Translations under genes and position numbers: made by a program
In this document: positions 42,827 through 57,942 of the stretch, piece after piece
Position numbering within the stretch: the stretch's first letter is position 1
Layout: each line of letters begins with the position of its first letter
The notes under the pieces: model-generated
What the model saw: the letters and a program-made list of their open reading frames with translations, nothing else
Database searches by the model: none
Told to the model about the DNA's origin: nothing
NCBI GenBank assembly: GCA_951406725.2
Contig: OX597840.1
Coordinates: 3,658,001 to 3,722,000, forward strand
Direction: 5' to 3'
Origin: Octopus vulgaris
Lineage: Eukaryota
Length of the DNA stretch: 64,000 nucleotides

Positions 42827-43337
42827 TATACATTTAACCCTTCTACTTGAGATTTATAGACTGTCCAAGTGTCAGGTCAATACAACAAGGAATAAAGCTT
42901 CATGCATAAAAGACTGATATTTGACATTGGCGGAAGTTGTCGATGCATAATTAGGATTTTTCTCGTTTTATTTCTCTATATAATCCTTTTATTTAATTTT
43001 TCGCCTAATTCACTATTCCATCAATGCGATGTACACGGCAACTGTTCAAATCTTGAAAGCACTTATCAGGATTCTTTGAATTAAATTTGGTTTCCAATAT
43101 AGGCTTTAATCCATTTAAATCTTGTTTTCACTTTTTACTTTTTTCGATATATTCAATAACATCGAGTTGTTGTACACATAGATACATACGCACTTTGTCG
43201 ATGATATAAGTACTAGTCAAGCTCTAAGATCGATACCATCGACTGGCTCCTTCTCCCAATAATTTCAGACCTTGCACCTATAACGGAAGGGATTATTATT
43301 ATATGTTTGACTTTTCCTTTACATTTGCACAACCATA

Positions 43338-43740
43338 GGCGCAGGAGTGGCTGTGTGGTAAGTAGCTTGCTTACCAACCACATGGTTCCGGGTTCAGTCC
43401 CACTACGTGGTATCTTGGGCAAGTGTCTTCTGCTATAGCCTCGGGCCGACCAATGCCTTGTGAGTGGATTTGGTAGACGGAAACTGAAAGAAGCCCGTCG
43501 GATATATGTATATATATATATGTGTGTGTGTATGTTTGTGTGTCTGTGTTTGTCCCTCTAGCATTGCTTGACAACCGATGCTGGTGTGTTTATGTCCCCG
43601 TTACTTAGCGGTTCGGCAAAAAGAGACCGATAGAATAAGTACTGGGCTTTCAAAGAATAAGTCCCGGGGTCGATTTGCTCGATTAAAGGCGGTACTCCAG
43701 CATGGCCGCAGTCAAATGGCTGAAACAAGTAAAAGAGTAA
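43338..43740 (+). mobile_element. SINE family B, full length, low divergence
   Basis: ggcgcaggagtggctgtgtggtaag...gctgaaacaagtaaaagagtaa. Confidence 0.95.
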
Positions 43741-44518
43741 CCTGGCTCCAAGTCTCACCCACAGACCTCAATAGACAATAAGTTGGAAGTTCATGTTGGT
43801 GTTATGCCTAGTGTGCCATATATTTGGTTTTGTATTTAGTGTTGTACTAGTGAATGTCTAAAATACCATACGAAATTATGTTTGTTTTAAAACTTGAGAT
43901 CACATAGAAAGTATTTCGCGTAGGATATGAGCAGTTCCCATGAGGACTATCTTTTGAATTTCTGCCATTTTGGGGTTTCCTGGGATCTGGGTCGATGTTC
44001 TCAACTCATCCTCACTTCCCCCAAGGTGTCCTTGTGGTAAAAATTTGAAAACATTGTTATTATTATCATCATCGATTGCGCGGAGGACAAAATGCTTCGC
44101 TTAATTTCTTCCAGTTATTTACGTTCTCAGTTCAAAACTACGCCTTTCATCCATCCGGGGTCGATAAAATAAAGTACCAGTCATATACTGGATTCGAAGG
44201 TGTCGATTAAGCTCCTCTTCCCCTTATGCCAATATCCGAGGCCAACATTGTTCTTATATTTCTCGTCAACATCGATGTCACTTCTGCTGACATGATGATG
44301 AAGATAACGAAGATGAGGAAGCTGGTGCCAGTGGTGTTCAATAAGATAACAATATCGTTGATGTTTACTACAAACACCGCAACGAAAATGAGGAAGAAAA
44401 TGCTATTGATGATGATCATCATCATCCTCATTATCATCATTATCACCAAGTTGATAATTTCATGAACCAATAACTAGCGTAATATTAATTTTATTGGTAA
44501 TATTTGTTCTTAAATATA

Positions 44519-44645
<127 letters not shown>

Positions 44646-44656
44646 GTATATATATG

Positions 44657-44689
<33 letters not shown>

Positions 44690-44979
44690 ACATATATATA
44701 CATATTTATATATATATATATACATTTATAGATGTATGTATATCTCTGTGTGTATGTATGTATATATATATATTGATACTCACACATAGATACACGTACA
44801 TACATACATATATGTATGTATATATATATATATATACATATATTGTTTTACTTATGCCAAGATATTTAAACGCACACACACACATATATATGTATATACA
44901 TATAAACATTTAAACGCACACACACACACATATACGTATATACAAATAAACATTTAAACGCACACACACACACACACAC

Positions 44980-45030
<51 letters not shown>

Positions 45031-45696
45031 CATATATATAAAACTCAATAAACTTATTCTGTTTTCATGTATTCCAAATATCTTCACCTCATCCGGCACC
45101 GACCAATCCCACCCACCGCCACCCACTCACCACATACACACACTCGCCACATCACCCACCCACCCACCCACCCATCGCCACTTCACCCACCCACCCGCCC
45201 ATGCAACCCACCCACCCATGCAACTCCCCTACCATCCACTCCCACCCACCTCCACCCACACCCCCTTTTACACACATTTACTTCCGCCATTTTACTTCAT
45301 TCGCCCGATGTTTCTTAATTGCTTTGTCAATAAAACGAAATGTAATTTTATCTAATTACCGCTGCGAAAAGCCTAAAAAACAACAACAAACATATTAACA
45401 ACACACACACACACACACACACACACACATTTATATGTATATATGTATGTATTAGCTTACGTGTGTGTGTGTGTATCTTCCTTCGTACATACACTGCGTA
45501 CATGTACGGACGGATATTAAAAAATAATAAACACGGATATATAGACTCACACGCACTCAATACACACACGCATGGACATGCATGCACGCACACACACGTA
45601 CGTACAAGCATGCGCACATATTGCATTCAGGAACAAAAAGATATTAAAAACATACACACAGGCACATACAGACGCAAACACGTACATATATATTAC

Positions 45697-45768
<72 letters not shown>

Positions 45769-46164
45769 ATAAGTAAACACATACACACACACACATATAT
45801 ATATATATATGCATATAAATATATATATTCTTCATTGGCGTGGTACTCAGAGTACCATCTGGTTTCATGTTGAGAGAAATATATCTCGCAGCATGAAACC
45901 TATAGTAGTCTGGTTTACCGGCGTATAAAGAACATATATCCACTAAGGATGTGTTTCACTATACGATATTAAAATATATAGCAACAAAGCGTGTCCATAA
46001 ACAAACTTAGATTACATTTTTAGAAGCGTCGAATGTATATAGTACAATACAGACAAGGAAGTGATATTTTCGAACGCAGCAAAGGAGTTGAAACAACAGA
46101 AATAATGGGTAAAATACCCCTACAAGGGGGAAAAATTGTCAACAAACAGCTAAATATGCATACC

Positions 46165-46209
<45 letters not shown>

Positions 46210-46217
<8 letters not shown>

Positions 46218-46542
46218 ATATTTCGGAATGGTCATTTTGCCAGTTTAGCCAATAAAAACACACGCACTATATATTTGGTGTTACTTTGCTTCAGTGTTAT
46301 TTATTTTTTACATTAATCTTAATCTTATTTCGGCCAGAGTTCTTTCGTCACACTCCTGTGACCGCATCAGTGGTCCTTTGTTTTCTTCTCACTTATTTGT
46401 GTCTCTCCTTACTAACCGTAAGATTAAGATTAAGATTAATGTAAAAAATAAATAACACTGAAGCAAAGTAACACCAAATATATAGTGCGTGTGTTTTTAT
46501 TGGCTAAACTGGCAAAATGACCATTCCGAAATATAACAATAT
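46210..46542. repeat. Essentially perfect ~118-bp inverted repeat with a ~95-nt spacer, inside a (TA)n-flanked insert (46210-46595)
   Basis: Arms 46210-46327 and 46425-46542. Confidence 0.95.
46332..46375 (-). ncRNA. Hammerhead motif (A9 variant) in the palindrome spacer
   Basis: Minus strand: gacca-CTGATGCG-gtcaca ggag tgtgac-GAAA-gaac-TC-tggcc. Perfect 6-bp stem II, CUC cleavage site. Confidence 0.7.
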
Positions 46543-46592
46543 CTGTTTCAACACACGACTTCACATAAAAAATCTTGCACAACAAATATTTA

Positions 46593-46661
<69 letters not shown>

Positions 46662-46730
46662 CTGTAATATCGACGCCAATCAGTGTTCAGGCATAAGCGA
46701 ACTTTGGGTTAGTTTGACTATGTTTTTGAC

Positions 46731-46772
<42 letters not shown>

Positions 46773-46992
46773 AGGGACATTTCCCTTGTTTCTGCCTGTC
46801 TCTGACTCTCTTGTTTGCTCTTGTATGTTTAGGTTCCTCTTATATAAATATATATATATTTATGCATGTATGTATGTCGATCACGGGAGAAGTTTTTGAA
46901 TTTGCATGTAAAAAGTCTTGTTCTATTATTCCGGCTACAGCCAAACGATACCAACTGGCAACAACGGTTTTATGCGGTTGCACCGATCTGTA

Positions 46993-47011
46993 CCATATAG
47001 TTATATTTATG

Positions 47012-47048
<37 letters not shown>

Positions 47049-47923
47049 GTATGGTTATGTTTTCTATAAATTTGAAAATGATGCTAATATTCTTTTTAAT
47101 GTTGGCACAACACCGGCAATTTTGAAAGGAGGGGAAGACGATTATACTGGTCCCAAAGCTCAACTGGAAATTATTTTATCAATCACGAACTTAGCGGTTC
47201 GGTGAAAGAGACCGATAGAATAAGTACTAGGCTTACAAAGAATAAGTCCTGGGGTTGATTTGCTCGACTACAGTCGGTACTTCTGCATGGCCACAGTCAC
47301 ATGACTTAATCAAGTAAAATAGTAATTAGATCCCTAGAATGGACAGCGCTGGAATAAATAAAGATTAAGTCATGTGACTGAGGGAGAGAGGGAGAGAGAG
47401 AGAGAGAGACGCATACAAACGCATACAAACTCACACAGAAACGTATACAAACACACACAAGTTATGCGCAGGCGTTATGTGGTATACAAAATTTGCTTCT
47501 CAACCATAGGGTTTCGGGTTCAGATCCTGTGCGTGGCATAAGGATGATGATGATGATGAGAACACTAATCCATGGATGGAATTTACAAATATTTAATGCA
47601 TCGCTACGCGCGTTTCAACAGATTGCATGTTTCTTACGATAATAGGCCGAGGCTATAGTAGACTCTAGTAGACTCTAGTGGAAAACACTTGTGCAAGGTG
47701 CCACGCAATGGGACTGAACCCGGAACATCGTGGGGCTTATTTTCACGGATTTGACCAGCCTGGAGCAATAATAGAAACATTTTCCCCAAAATGCCACGCA
47801 CAGGATCTGAACCCGAAACCCTATGGTTGAGAAGCAAATTTTGTATACCACATAATAACGCCTGCGCATAACTTGTGTGTGTTTGTATACGTTTCTGTGT
47901 GAGTTTGTATGCGTCTCTCTCTC

Positions 47924-47957
<34 letters not shown>

Positions 47958-47971
47958 CCTCTCTCCCTCTC

Positions 47972-48002
<31 letters not shown>

Positions 48003-48786
48003 CTCCCTCTCTCTCTCTGTTCGAAGCATCTACAGGAAACCTGTTTTCACTTGGCAGAGCTTTTGATGGGAATGTTCCCCCATTATTCCTTGCCTTCACA
48101 CGGTTGTATGTATTCAATTACAGAGTTATTGTCTTTATTTATTCCAGCGCTGTCCATTCTACGGATCGCATTGTATATTGTTTTAAAGACAGCGTCATAT
48201 CGCATTGGAAAGTAGTATCGTAATATCATTTGTGGTAAGCTGCTGGTCACATATTTCAATGTGTCGTACAGTAATATGACATAACTGACATTTTCGGTCG
48301 CATCTTGGGAGTTTCATATCTTCACTGACTCTTTTGTTCATTAGGAATTTCATAGCTATCTTCAGTACTGAATTACATAAGCATAACCTCCGAGATGTGG
48401 CGTGATGTAGCGATCACGTGTTCAAAAGAGATTACACTTCCTGTTAATATCAGCGCTATCCTCGAGGTGGCAAGCTGGTAGAATCGTTACTACGAAATGT
48501 TTGTGGATCTAATTACTATTTTACTTGATTAAGTCATGTGACTGTGGCCATGCAGAAGTACCGACTGTAGTCGAGCAAATCAACCCCAGGACTTATTCTT
48601 TGTAAGCCTAGTACTTATTCTATCGGTCTCTTTCGCCGAACCGCTAAGTTCGTGATTGATAAAATAATTTCCAGTTGAGCTTTGGGACCAGTATAATCGT
48701 CTTCCCCTCCTTTCAAAATTGCCGGTGTTGTGCCAACATTAAAAAAGAATATTAGCATCATTTTCAAATTTATAGAAAACATAACC

Positions 48787-48833
<47 letters not shown>

Positions 48834-48847
48834 AATATAACTATATG
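46993..48847. repeat. Complex inverted duplication
   Basis: 46993-47333 is the reverse complement of 48505-48847, 47335-47364 of 48132-48161, and about 47381-47539 of about 47791-47940. Includes SINE B pieces. Confidence 0.93.
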
Positions 48848-49049
48848 TATATATTTTTGCCTTTTCCTTTTTAATCGTGTGAGTGCGTACATATGTGTAT
48901 ATGTATATGTATGGAAATATATATTTATGTGTGTGCGTGTGTGTGTATGTATGTATGTATGTATATATGTATGTATGTATATATGTACGTATGTATGTAT
49001 GTATGTATGTATGTATGTATGTATGTATGTATGTATGTTTGGATTCATA

Positions 49050-49245
49050 TAAACATGCTTGATCGCTAAATCCACAAGTCTTCTAATTCTCTCTCTTTTA
49101 ATTTTCTCTTATTCCTTTCTGTTGAAGAGCGTAGGCTCGAAACGTAAAAGACTTTCTCATTTTTCCGGGCGTCAAACTAATGCACCTGCTTGTTGTTCAT
49201 ACACCTGTCTTCGTCTTTTTTTTTTTTTTCTGTAAATTTCAACTA
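49050..49245 (+). mobile_element. Family D element with variant hammerhead (49115-49150)
   Basis: cttt-CTGTTGAA-gagc gtag gctc-GAAAC-GTA-aaag, with perfect stems I and II. Confidence 0.78.
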
Positions 49246-49411
49246 TATATATACACACACATAAATAGATGAGTGCATTTTTCCTTTGTTAACAATTAAC
49301 ACGGAAAAAATGTATAAATAGTTACCAGGGGAGCAAAAAATCACACAAGTAAAAAGGTTGTAACTCCTTGTTTTTAAAGGTAGAAACTTCGGGTTTACGT
49401 GGAATTTTTTG

Positions 49412-49446
<35 letters not shown>

Positions 49447-49554
49447 GGGAGAAAGCGCTAATACATGATCTAAGTTATAGGATTTATAAAAAATGTAATG
49501 TACAAATAAATATCTGTAAATATAAACCATCCGATTTTCTGAGTACTTCATTTC

Positions 49555-49635
<81 letters not shown>

Positions 49636-50546
49636 ATATGTTTGTTTGTATGTATGTATGTATGTATGTATGTATATGTATATAGGGACTCTGATACCAG
49701 ATATAGTGTTAACGCCTACGGTACTTTACGGCATGTAAATTGGTAGCTGAATGGTATCTATAACCACGGGATTCGTTGAGTATTTAAACAGACTGGCTGC
49801 TTGATTGTACGGGACTGGTCAAATTAATGGGGACGCTTATGGTGAGAATACAATAAACTTCGAAAATTGATTAACGTTGTATGTATGTACGTATGTTCTC
49901 TTTTATATTTCATTATTCACAAACACTTGTACTCTTAAACGTAATACTCATGTAGAATCAATATGAAGAAGAGTGGGGAAAAAGATCGATAGATAGATAG
50001 ATAAATAGATTAATCACTAAATATGTGTGCATGCATACAAAAATGTTTGTATAAAGAGAGAGTAAGATGGCGGCGCAGATTAACACGATAAGGTTATCAC
50101 TATCTCCATAACAACTAACTCGGATTTTTTTCCCAGACCCACTCTTTCCTATGTGCACCTGGTCCTTGATAAAGACTTCGGAATTTGAGTTCGAATCAAT
50201 TGAGTACTGCGACGTGTTTTCCATGTTCAGTACCTCTAGATCTCACCTTTTGACTGTATACATACAGACATACAGACATACAGAGACAGACAAACTGACA
50301 TACAGGCAGATAGACAGACATATAGACAGATAGACAGACAAATATTTCCGTAATCTTAACGAAATATTCCTGTTACTAAGATATGTGTGTGTGTGTATGT
50401 GTGTGAATTTGTGTGTATATTTGTGTGTGAGTGAGTGTGTCTGTGTGTAACTGTATATGTATGAACGTTAGTATGTATGTGTTGTGTGTTTATGCGAACG
50501 TGTGCTTGTGCATATTTATATACATATATATATATATGTGTGGGTG

Positions 50547-50580
<34 letters not shown>

Positions 50581-50655
50581 CATATATATACATATATATA
50601 TATATACATGTATATATACATATATATATATACATATATATACACATATATATAT

Positions 50656-50715
<60 letters not shown>

Positions 50716-51099
50716 GAGTGCAGGGGGACTTAGTGTGCGCGTGCGTTGGTGCTTGGATGTCAGCGTGTAGAAACGGGTAACCACGAAGAAGAGCAAACCT
50801 AAGGGGGATAAGTTAACAATTCTAATGACCTGTATACACAATTCCAGGACATTCTTAATATATAAACAGTCATTCATCATTGGTGACACTACTGTGCCAC
50901 TGGAGCTCTCAACGGTCACACTAGCTGCACACGGAACTGTTCACACTTACGCTCCACACCACACTTCTTTTCAAACACTCTTAGAATGTTACATTCATAG
51001 ATGTATGTGTGATTATGTGAGAGTGTGTGTGAGTGTGTATGTACATACATACGTATAGGTACAAACATGTATTAACATAATACAATCCTACACACACAC

Positions 51100-51193
<94 letters not shown>

Positions 51194-51267
51194 AGATAGA
51201 TAGATAGATAGACAGACAGACAAACAGATAGGTAGGTAGATAGATAGATAGACAGATAGAGAGAGAG

Positions 51268-51525
<258 letters not shown>

Positions 51526-51763
51526 GTAGGTAGGTAGATACATACATACATACATACATACATACATACATACATACATACATACATACATACATACATA
51601 CATAGATAAGTAAGTAGGTAGGTAGTATGTAGGTAGATAGGTAGGTAGGTAGAGAAAGGAAAGGAGAGAGAAAGATGTATATATACTTATATTTGCTTGC
51701 TTATATATGTATTTGTGTGCGCTTTATATTGTATATGTGCGAGTCTAAATATATATATATATA

Positions 51764-51806
<43 letters not shown>

Positions 51807-51855
51807 ATTATCTATCTGGCTATTTATCTATATATATATGTATACGCATACACAC

Positions 51856-51904
<49 letters not shown>

Positions 51905-52329
51905 CACACGTTCTTACACTTTTGTATATGTTTGTTTAAACTGTTTAAACTGAGAACAAACATTTGACAAGCAATCATGTATAACAGTATGTGTGTATGT
52001 ATATATGTATGCATATATGTATGTATGTATACGTATTACGCTCAAACACATGTACATCAAAGCCTACGCGCACATACACACACACACACACAAACGCATA
52101 CACACACACACACATACTACACATACACACACATACTCTTATACGACATATATACGCACACACATGTACTCATATCAATATATACACACTGTCATCATTG
52201 AATAACTGCAGTCCTCAAGGAATTCAGAACTGTTGGCTCGTTTCATATAAAGTACCAGACAGAATGGCTGACAGTTTTACTCTGTCTGGTGACCATAGTG
52301 ATGAAGATTGCCAACATTGAAAGAACTTG

Positions 52330-53620
52330 AGACAGACACTTTACCTCTTCGGCCAAATCTTCGTACGCTTTGCCAAACTCTTCTTGGAGAGATAAATTAT
52401 GGTAACACGAATAAGGTGCTGCTTGTTAACTAATCTGCTGAAAATGGTCGACTGTATCGTATATTATCTTTTTGTTAGAGACTAGTCCTAGAATACGTCT
52501 TCGGTGAAATTCTCAAATGTTTTTTTCAAAATCTTCTTGGAAAGGAGGAATATGGTAAAAAAAGGAAAATAGATGGTACCGCTCTGATGAAATATGTTCG
52601 ACAGTATCAAGTTTACTGCCTATGATAGATGGAAGCACTCCGTCGGTTACGACGATGAGGGTTTCGGTTGATCCGACCAACGGAACAGCCTGCTCGTGAA
52701 ATTAACGTGTAAGTGGCTGAGCACTCCAAAGACACGTGTACCCTTAACGTAGTTCTCGGGGATATTCAGCGTGACACAGAGAGTGACAAGGCCGGCCCTT
52801 TGAAATACAGGTACAACAGAAACAGGAAGAAAGAGTGAGAGAAAGTTGTGGTGAAAGAGTACAGCAGGGATCACCACCATCCCCTGCCGGAGCCTCGTGG
52901 AGCTTTTAGGTTTTTTCGCTCAATAAACACTCACAACGCCCAGTCTTGGAATCGAAACCGCGATTCTACGACCGCGAGTCCGCTGCCCTAACCACTGGGC
53001 CATTGCGCCTCCGACCTATGATAGAATCTAGCCTTAGAATCCCCTTCGGTCAAGTCCTCATAGCTTTTGTCGAAACACTTCTTGGAGACAAAGAATGTGA
53101 TAAAATGGAAGCTAAAGTTTTCTAGGAATTCTGCGGAAAAGTAATCGACATTAACGAGTCGCAATTATTGGGATTACTCTTAGACTCCCTTACGGCGAAG
53201 TCTTCAAAGACCTTTCAAACTCTTTTTAGAGAGAAAGATTATACCGAAAGAAGGAAGGCACCGCTCTTTTGTCAATCTACTTAAAGGGAGTCGACAGTAA
53301 CTCATGTATGGTTCCTGTTTTAGGGACTGGTCCTAGAATACCATTCGGCTAATTTCTCGAGGACTTTTGCACACACTTCTTACAGAGGAAGATTATAATA
53401 AAATAGAAACCACTGCTTTCTAGTAAGAATACCGAAACGTAGTCGATTGTATCGGGTATGGTAGCTATGATAGTAACTAGTCTTTGAATATTTTTTTAGT
53501 CGAGTCCTAAAAGATTTGTCCAAACTCTTCTGAGAGACGAAGATTATGGTAAAAAAAATCAAAATTCTACTTTCTAGTAAATCTTGTGAAATGTGATCGG
53601 CAGTAGTAAAAATACCACGT
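52330..53620. repeat. Degenerate ~150-bp tandem satellite, at least 6 units, interrupted by a SINE
   Basis: Motif ttcgg..aa.t..tc.....ttt...aaa..cttcttggaga..aa.a.tatg.taaaa recurs near 52347, 52499, 53044, 53190, 53343 and 53497. Confidence 0.8.
52630..53012 (-). mobile_element. tRNA-derived SINE family C, full length, with 11-bp TSD
   Basis: Minus strand ggaggcgcaatggcccagtggttagggcagcggactcgcgg...ttcgattcc...accgacggagtgcttcca. TSD cctatgataga at 52619-52629 and 53015-53025. Confidence 0.95.
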
Positions 53621-53629
53621 TCCTTTACC

Positions 53630-53698
<69 letters not shown>

Positions 53699-53949
53699 CG
53701 TCTCTATCACTTTCTGTCTTTGTTACCTGCCTGCATCGAGAGATAACGGAATGTCTGCTCCGCTGGTCACTCGAGGTTAGAGCTGCAGCCCAAGACATTG
53801 GGTCAATGACCTACCAAACTGTTGCTTTCTCACAATGGAACAGAAGTAACCTCCCCAGGGCTCGAGACAGTCCCGATAGCATGGCGCCTAGAAATGTCCA
53901 GATGTCAGACTTTATCTACCAACCTGCCTACCTACATATCTATCTATAT

Positions 53950-53996
<47 letters not shown>

Positions 53997-54010
53997 TATG
54001 TGTATATATA

Positions 54011-54048
<38 letters not shown>

Positions 54049-54140
54049 TATTTATAAATATATATATATATATATGTACATATGTGTGTATATATATATA
54101 TACATATGTATATATGTATATATATATATATGTATGTATG

Positions 54141-54179
<39 letters not shown>

Positions 54180-54223
54180 GTATATATATATAAGTGTGTG
54201 TGTGTGTATGTGTGTATGTGTGT

Positions 54224-54319
<96 letters not shown>

Positions 54320-54534
54320 GTGTCTGTGTCTGTGTGTATCATAAGAGAAGGAAAGTGCGCACAATTTATATATTTTTAATATATTTTAAAGGATAAAATA
54401 TTATGATAGCCGACCGGTTTTGCGTTTCGCTAGTCATGACAATGAAACTAGTGAAAATATTGCAATATCCTATTTCCTTATGAAACATTTAGTCCACGTT
54501 GCTTGTATGAGAGTTTCTTTGTATATATATATCT

Positions 54535-54710
54535 ATCTAGCCACTACACACATTATTTCTCTCCTTTTTTTTTCTGTGTACCTTTCTGTGTAAGAGCGTA
54601 GGCTCGAAACGTAAAAGACTTTTTCTATTCCTGAGCGTTATACTAATGCATCTGTTTGTTTTATACACCACCTGTCTTCGTCTTTTGTGTTTTTTCGTAA
54701 ACTCTCCCTA
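54535..54710 (+). mobile_element. Family D element with variant hammerhead (54582-54617)
   Basis: cttt-CTGTGTAA-gagc gtag gctc-GAAAC-GTA-aaag (G8 mutated) plus the family tail. Confidence 0.72.
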
Positions 54711-55577
54711 AAAAGATAGATAGATAGATACATACATACATACATACATACATACATACATACATACATACATACATACATACATACATACATACATAGA
54801 TTGATTGGTCTGATTGATAGATAAATAATCTTCTATCTGTCTATTTATCTATCTATCTATTTATTTCTTTAGCCATTTATCTATTTTTGTCTATCTATCT
54901 ATCTATGTATTTTTTACCCATCTATCTTATATATCTATCGTTCTATCCGTAAATCTTATCAACCTATCCACCTACCTGTATCCCTATTTGTGTACTGCTT
55001 TCTTTCTCCCCTCTTCGTCCCTCCCTCTCACTCCCCCCTATCCGTCCGTCCCTCTCTCTCTCTCCCTTTCTCTCTCTCTCCCTCTCGTTTGTGCCGTCAA
55101 AAGGTCTTAATAGCAAAGGCTGGACAGGTCAGAAGAGTTTCGCGTCCAGCTCCAGACCACCCGAGGCTCAAACCAATGGTTCTCTTTAAATGTTTGCTCT
55201 TTCACTCTTCTATCAGTGGGCACAGATCCGTACCAGACACTTATAGGTTTAATCGAACACCAGCTGAGCCAATGATTCATGTCAGACAGGATATGGAGGC
55301 GGTGGGAGTGGTGGTGGTGGTGGTGATGGTGTTGTGACGGCGGTGGCGGCGGCGGCGGTGACGGTGGCGGCGGTGACGACGGCGCCGGTGGTGGTGAATG
55401 TGTATTTCTGTTGGTATCAAGGATTATAGTATCGGTGGTAGTGTTCGTGCAGCAAGATTTTGTTCTGATAGCAGCTGATGGAATATGCGATGATGATGAT
55501 GATGATTATGATGATGATGATGATGATGATGATGACGGTGACAACGATGCAGACGATGACGTGATGACGCCGACGGT

Positions 55578-55803
55578 AGGTGGCAGAATCGTTAGCATGC
55601 CGGGCGAAATGCTTAGCGGTATTTCGTCTGTCGTTACGTTGTGAGTTCAAATTCCGCCGAGGTCGACTTTGCCTTTCATCCTTTCGGGGTCGATAAATTA
55701 AGTACCAGTTACGCACTGGGGTCGATGTAATCGACTTAATACCTATGTCTGTCCTTGTTTGTCCCCTCTATGTGTATGCCCTTGTCGTTAATAAAGAAAT
55801 AGG
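55578..55803 (+). mobile_element. SINE family A, near full length
   Basis: tggcagaatcgttagcatgccgggcgaaatgc...aaagaaataggt. Confidence 0.92.
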
Positions 55804-56899
55804 TAGTGTTGATTCAAGTGGTAGTAACGGTTGCAGAAGTAGTAGTGGTGGTCGTTATCGAGGCTTGTGATGGCAGAGGTGTTAGTATGAATAGGTAGAT
55901 GATGGTTAAACACTCTTGTTTGCCGATGAAGATTGTAGTATTGGCGGCAGTGTTAGTGTACCAATGTTTCTAATATGACTGTTGGAACAATTTAGGGAAT
56001 AGTTGTGGAGATGACGATGATGATGATGATGATGATGATGACGACGACGTCGATGATGATGATGATGATGGTGATGATGACGTCGTTGATGATGATGATG
56101 ATGATGATGATGAGGAGGAGGAGGAGGAGGAGGAGGATCATGATGATGGTGGTGGTGGTGATCATGATGATGATGATGGTGGTGATCATGATGATGATGA
56201 TGATGTTAGTGGTGATTCTTATGCTAGTAGAGGTTATAGTAGGGTGGTGTGGTGGTGATGGTGGTGGTGCGGATGGTAGCGATTGTAGTGTTGGTCGTGG
56301 TGTTTGCATAGCAACAGCTACTCCTACAACTGCTGCTGCTGCTGCTGCTACTGCTGCCATACAATGACGACGCTCCGGGGTTGATAAATGGTTCGAGACT
56401 GTATGACAAGAAACGGAAGAGAAGTGAAGGATGGAGAGGAAGGCGCACGTGGGAGAGCAGCAGCAGGTGGAGTGTGGGGAGTGTGCGAGGAGAGGAGAGC
56501 GAGAAGAACAGAAAGGAAACGGGCGGTGGCGGGGGGTGGGGGAGGAGCGGAAGGAAAGAAAGAAGAGAGACGGAGAGAAAGGGGGAGAGAAAGAGAGAGG
56601 GAGAGAATGACGATGTGAGATGATGAATGACAGGGAATGAATAATATAAACCATATGTGTGTGTGTGTGATAAGGTTGCGACGGTAAGGAGAGAGGTAAG
56701 TGTCCTGGAGGTGAGGAGAACCCGGTTCCAGGTAAATATCATTTGGTTTTGGCTTTCATCCAGCTCTTGTACATCGATTGGTCGCTTTGATCTTGGATTA
56801 TTATTGTTTTATGTAGACAACAATAGTCTTTTAATAACGGCAACAGTAAAAACAACAATAACAGCACCAACAACAACAACGATAAAAACAATAAATGTA

Positions 56900-56969
<70 letters not shown>

Positions 56970-56973
56970 TAAC

Positions 56974-57011
<38 letters not shown>

Positions 57012-57451
57012 TGATGATGATGATAATAATAATAATAATAATGATAATAATAATAATAATAATGATGATAATAGTCCTTTCTGATATAGGCACAAGGCCT
57101 GAAATTTAAGGATGTTGAACGAACTACTTATGTTTCCAAAGGTGAATTATCCAAACGTCTAAGAATTCCTTCTCCAAACACGGCTATGATGCTCCCCCAC
57201 TACTTCTGCTCGTGATCAGAGATGCACATAATTTCACCCACTAAGGGACATGCTCAACTGGTTAAGGTCAAACAACTGACAAGCAAATCTGTGGTATTGA
57301 GCAGAATATTTGCTGTAGCCCATCTTCTATACCAAGACAAAACAATGTACTTGATAACACTTGCAATCAGTTAAGATCAGAAGCCATGACAGCCACTGCC
57401 TGGTACTGCATTAAGGCATAGCCACTGTCTGGTACTGCATCAGGGCATATC

Positions 57452-57602
<151 letters not shown>

Positions 57603-57619
57603 TAATAATAATAATAATC

Positions 57620-57814
57620 ATTTCTACTATGGGCACAAGGCCTGAAATTTGGGGAGAGGGGTTAAGTCGATTGTAACTGGTACTTAATTTATCGACCCCA
57701 AAAGTATGAAAGGCAAAGTCGACCTCGGCGGAATTTGAACCCAGAACGTAGCGACGGGTGAAACACCGCTAAGCATTACTTCCAGCGTGCTGACATTTCT
57801 GCCAGCTTGCCTCC

Positions 57815-57815
<1 letters not shown>
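57620..57815 (-). mobile_element. SINE family A embedded in (AAT)n
   Basis: Reverse family A with (AAT)n on both sides. Confidence 0.9.
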
Positions 57816-57893
<78 letters not shown>

Positions 57894-57911
57894 TAATAAT
57901 AATAATAATAA

Positions 57912-57942
<31 letters not shown>

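Noticed and set aside
50755-50960. Possible exon in a unique island
   Set aside because: No consistent acceptor/donor pair or recognisable peptide.
52940-53012. Possible tRNA genes at SINE C heads (also 2685 and 63727)
   Set aside because: They continue into shared SINE bodies, one with a TSD, and no T-run terminator follows the tRNA-like part.
57110-57450. Probable interspersed repeat in (AAT)n
   Set aside because: Single copy in the window with no diagnostic termini, so it cannot be classified from the sequence alone.
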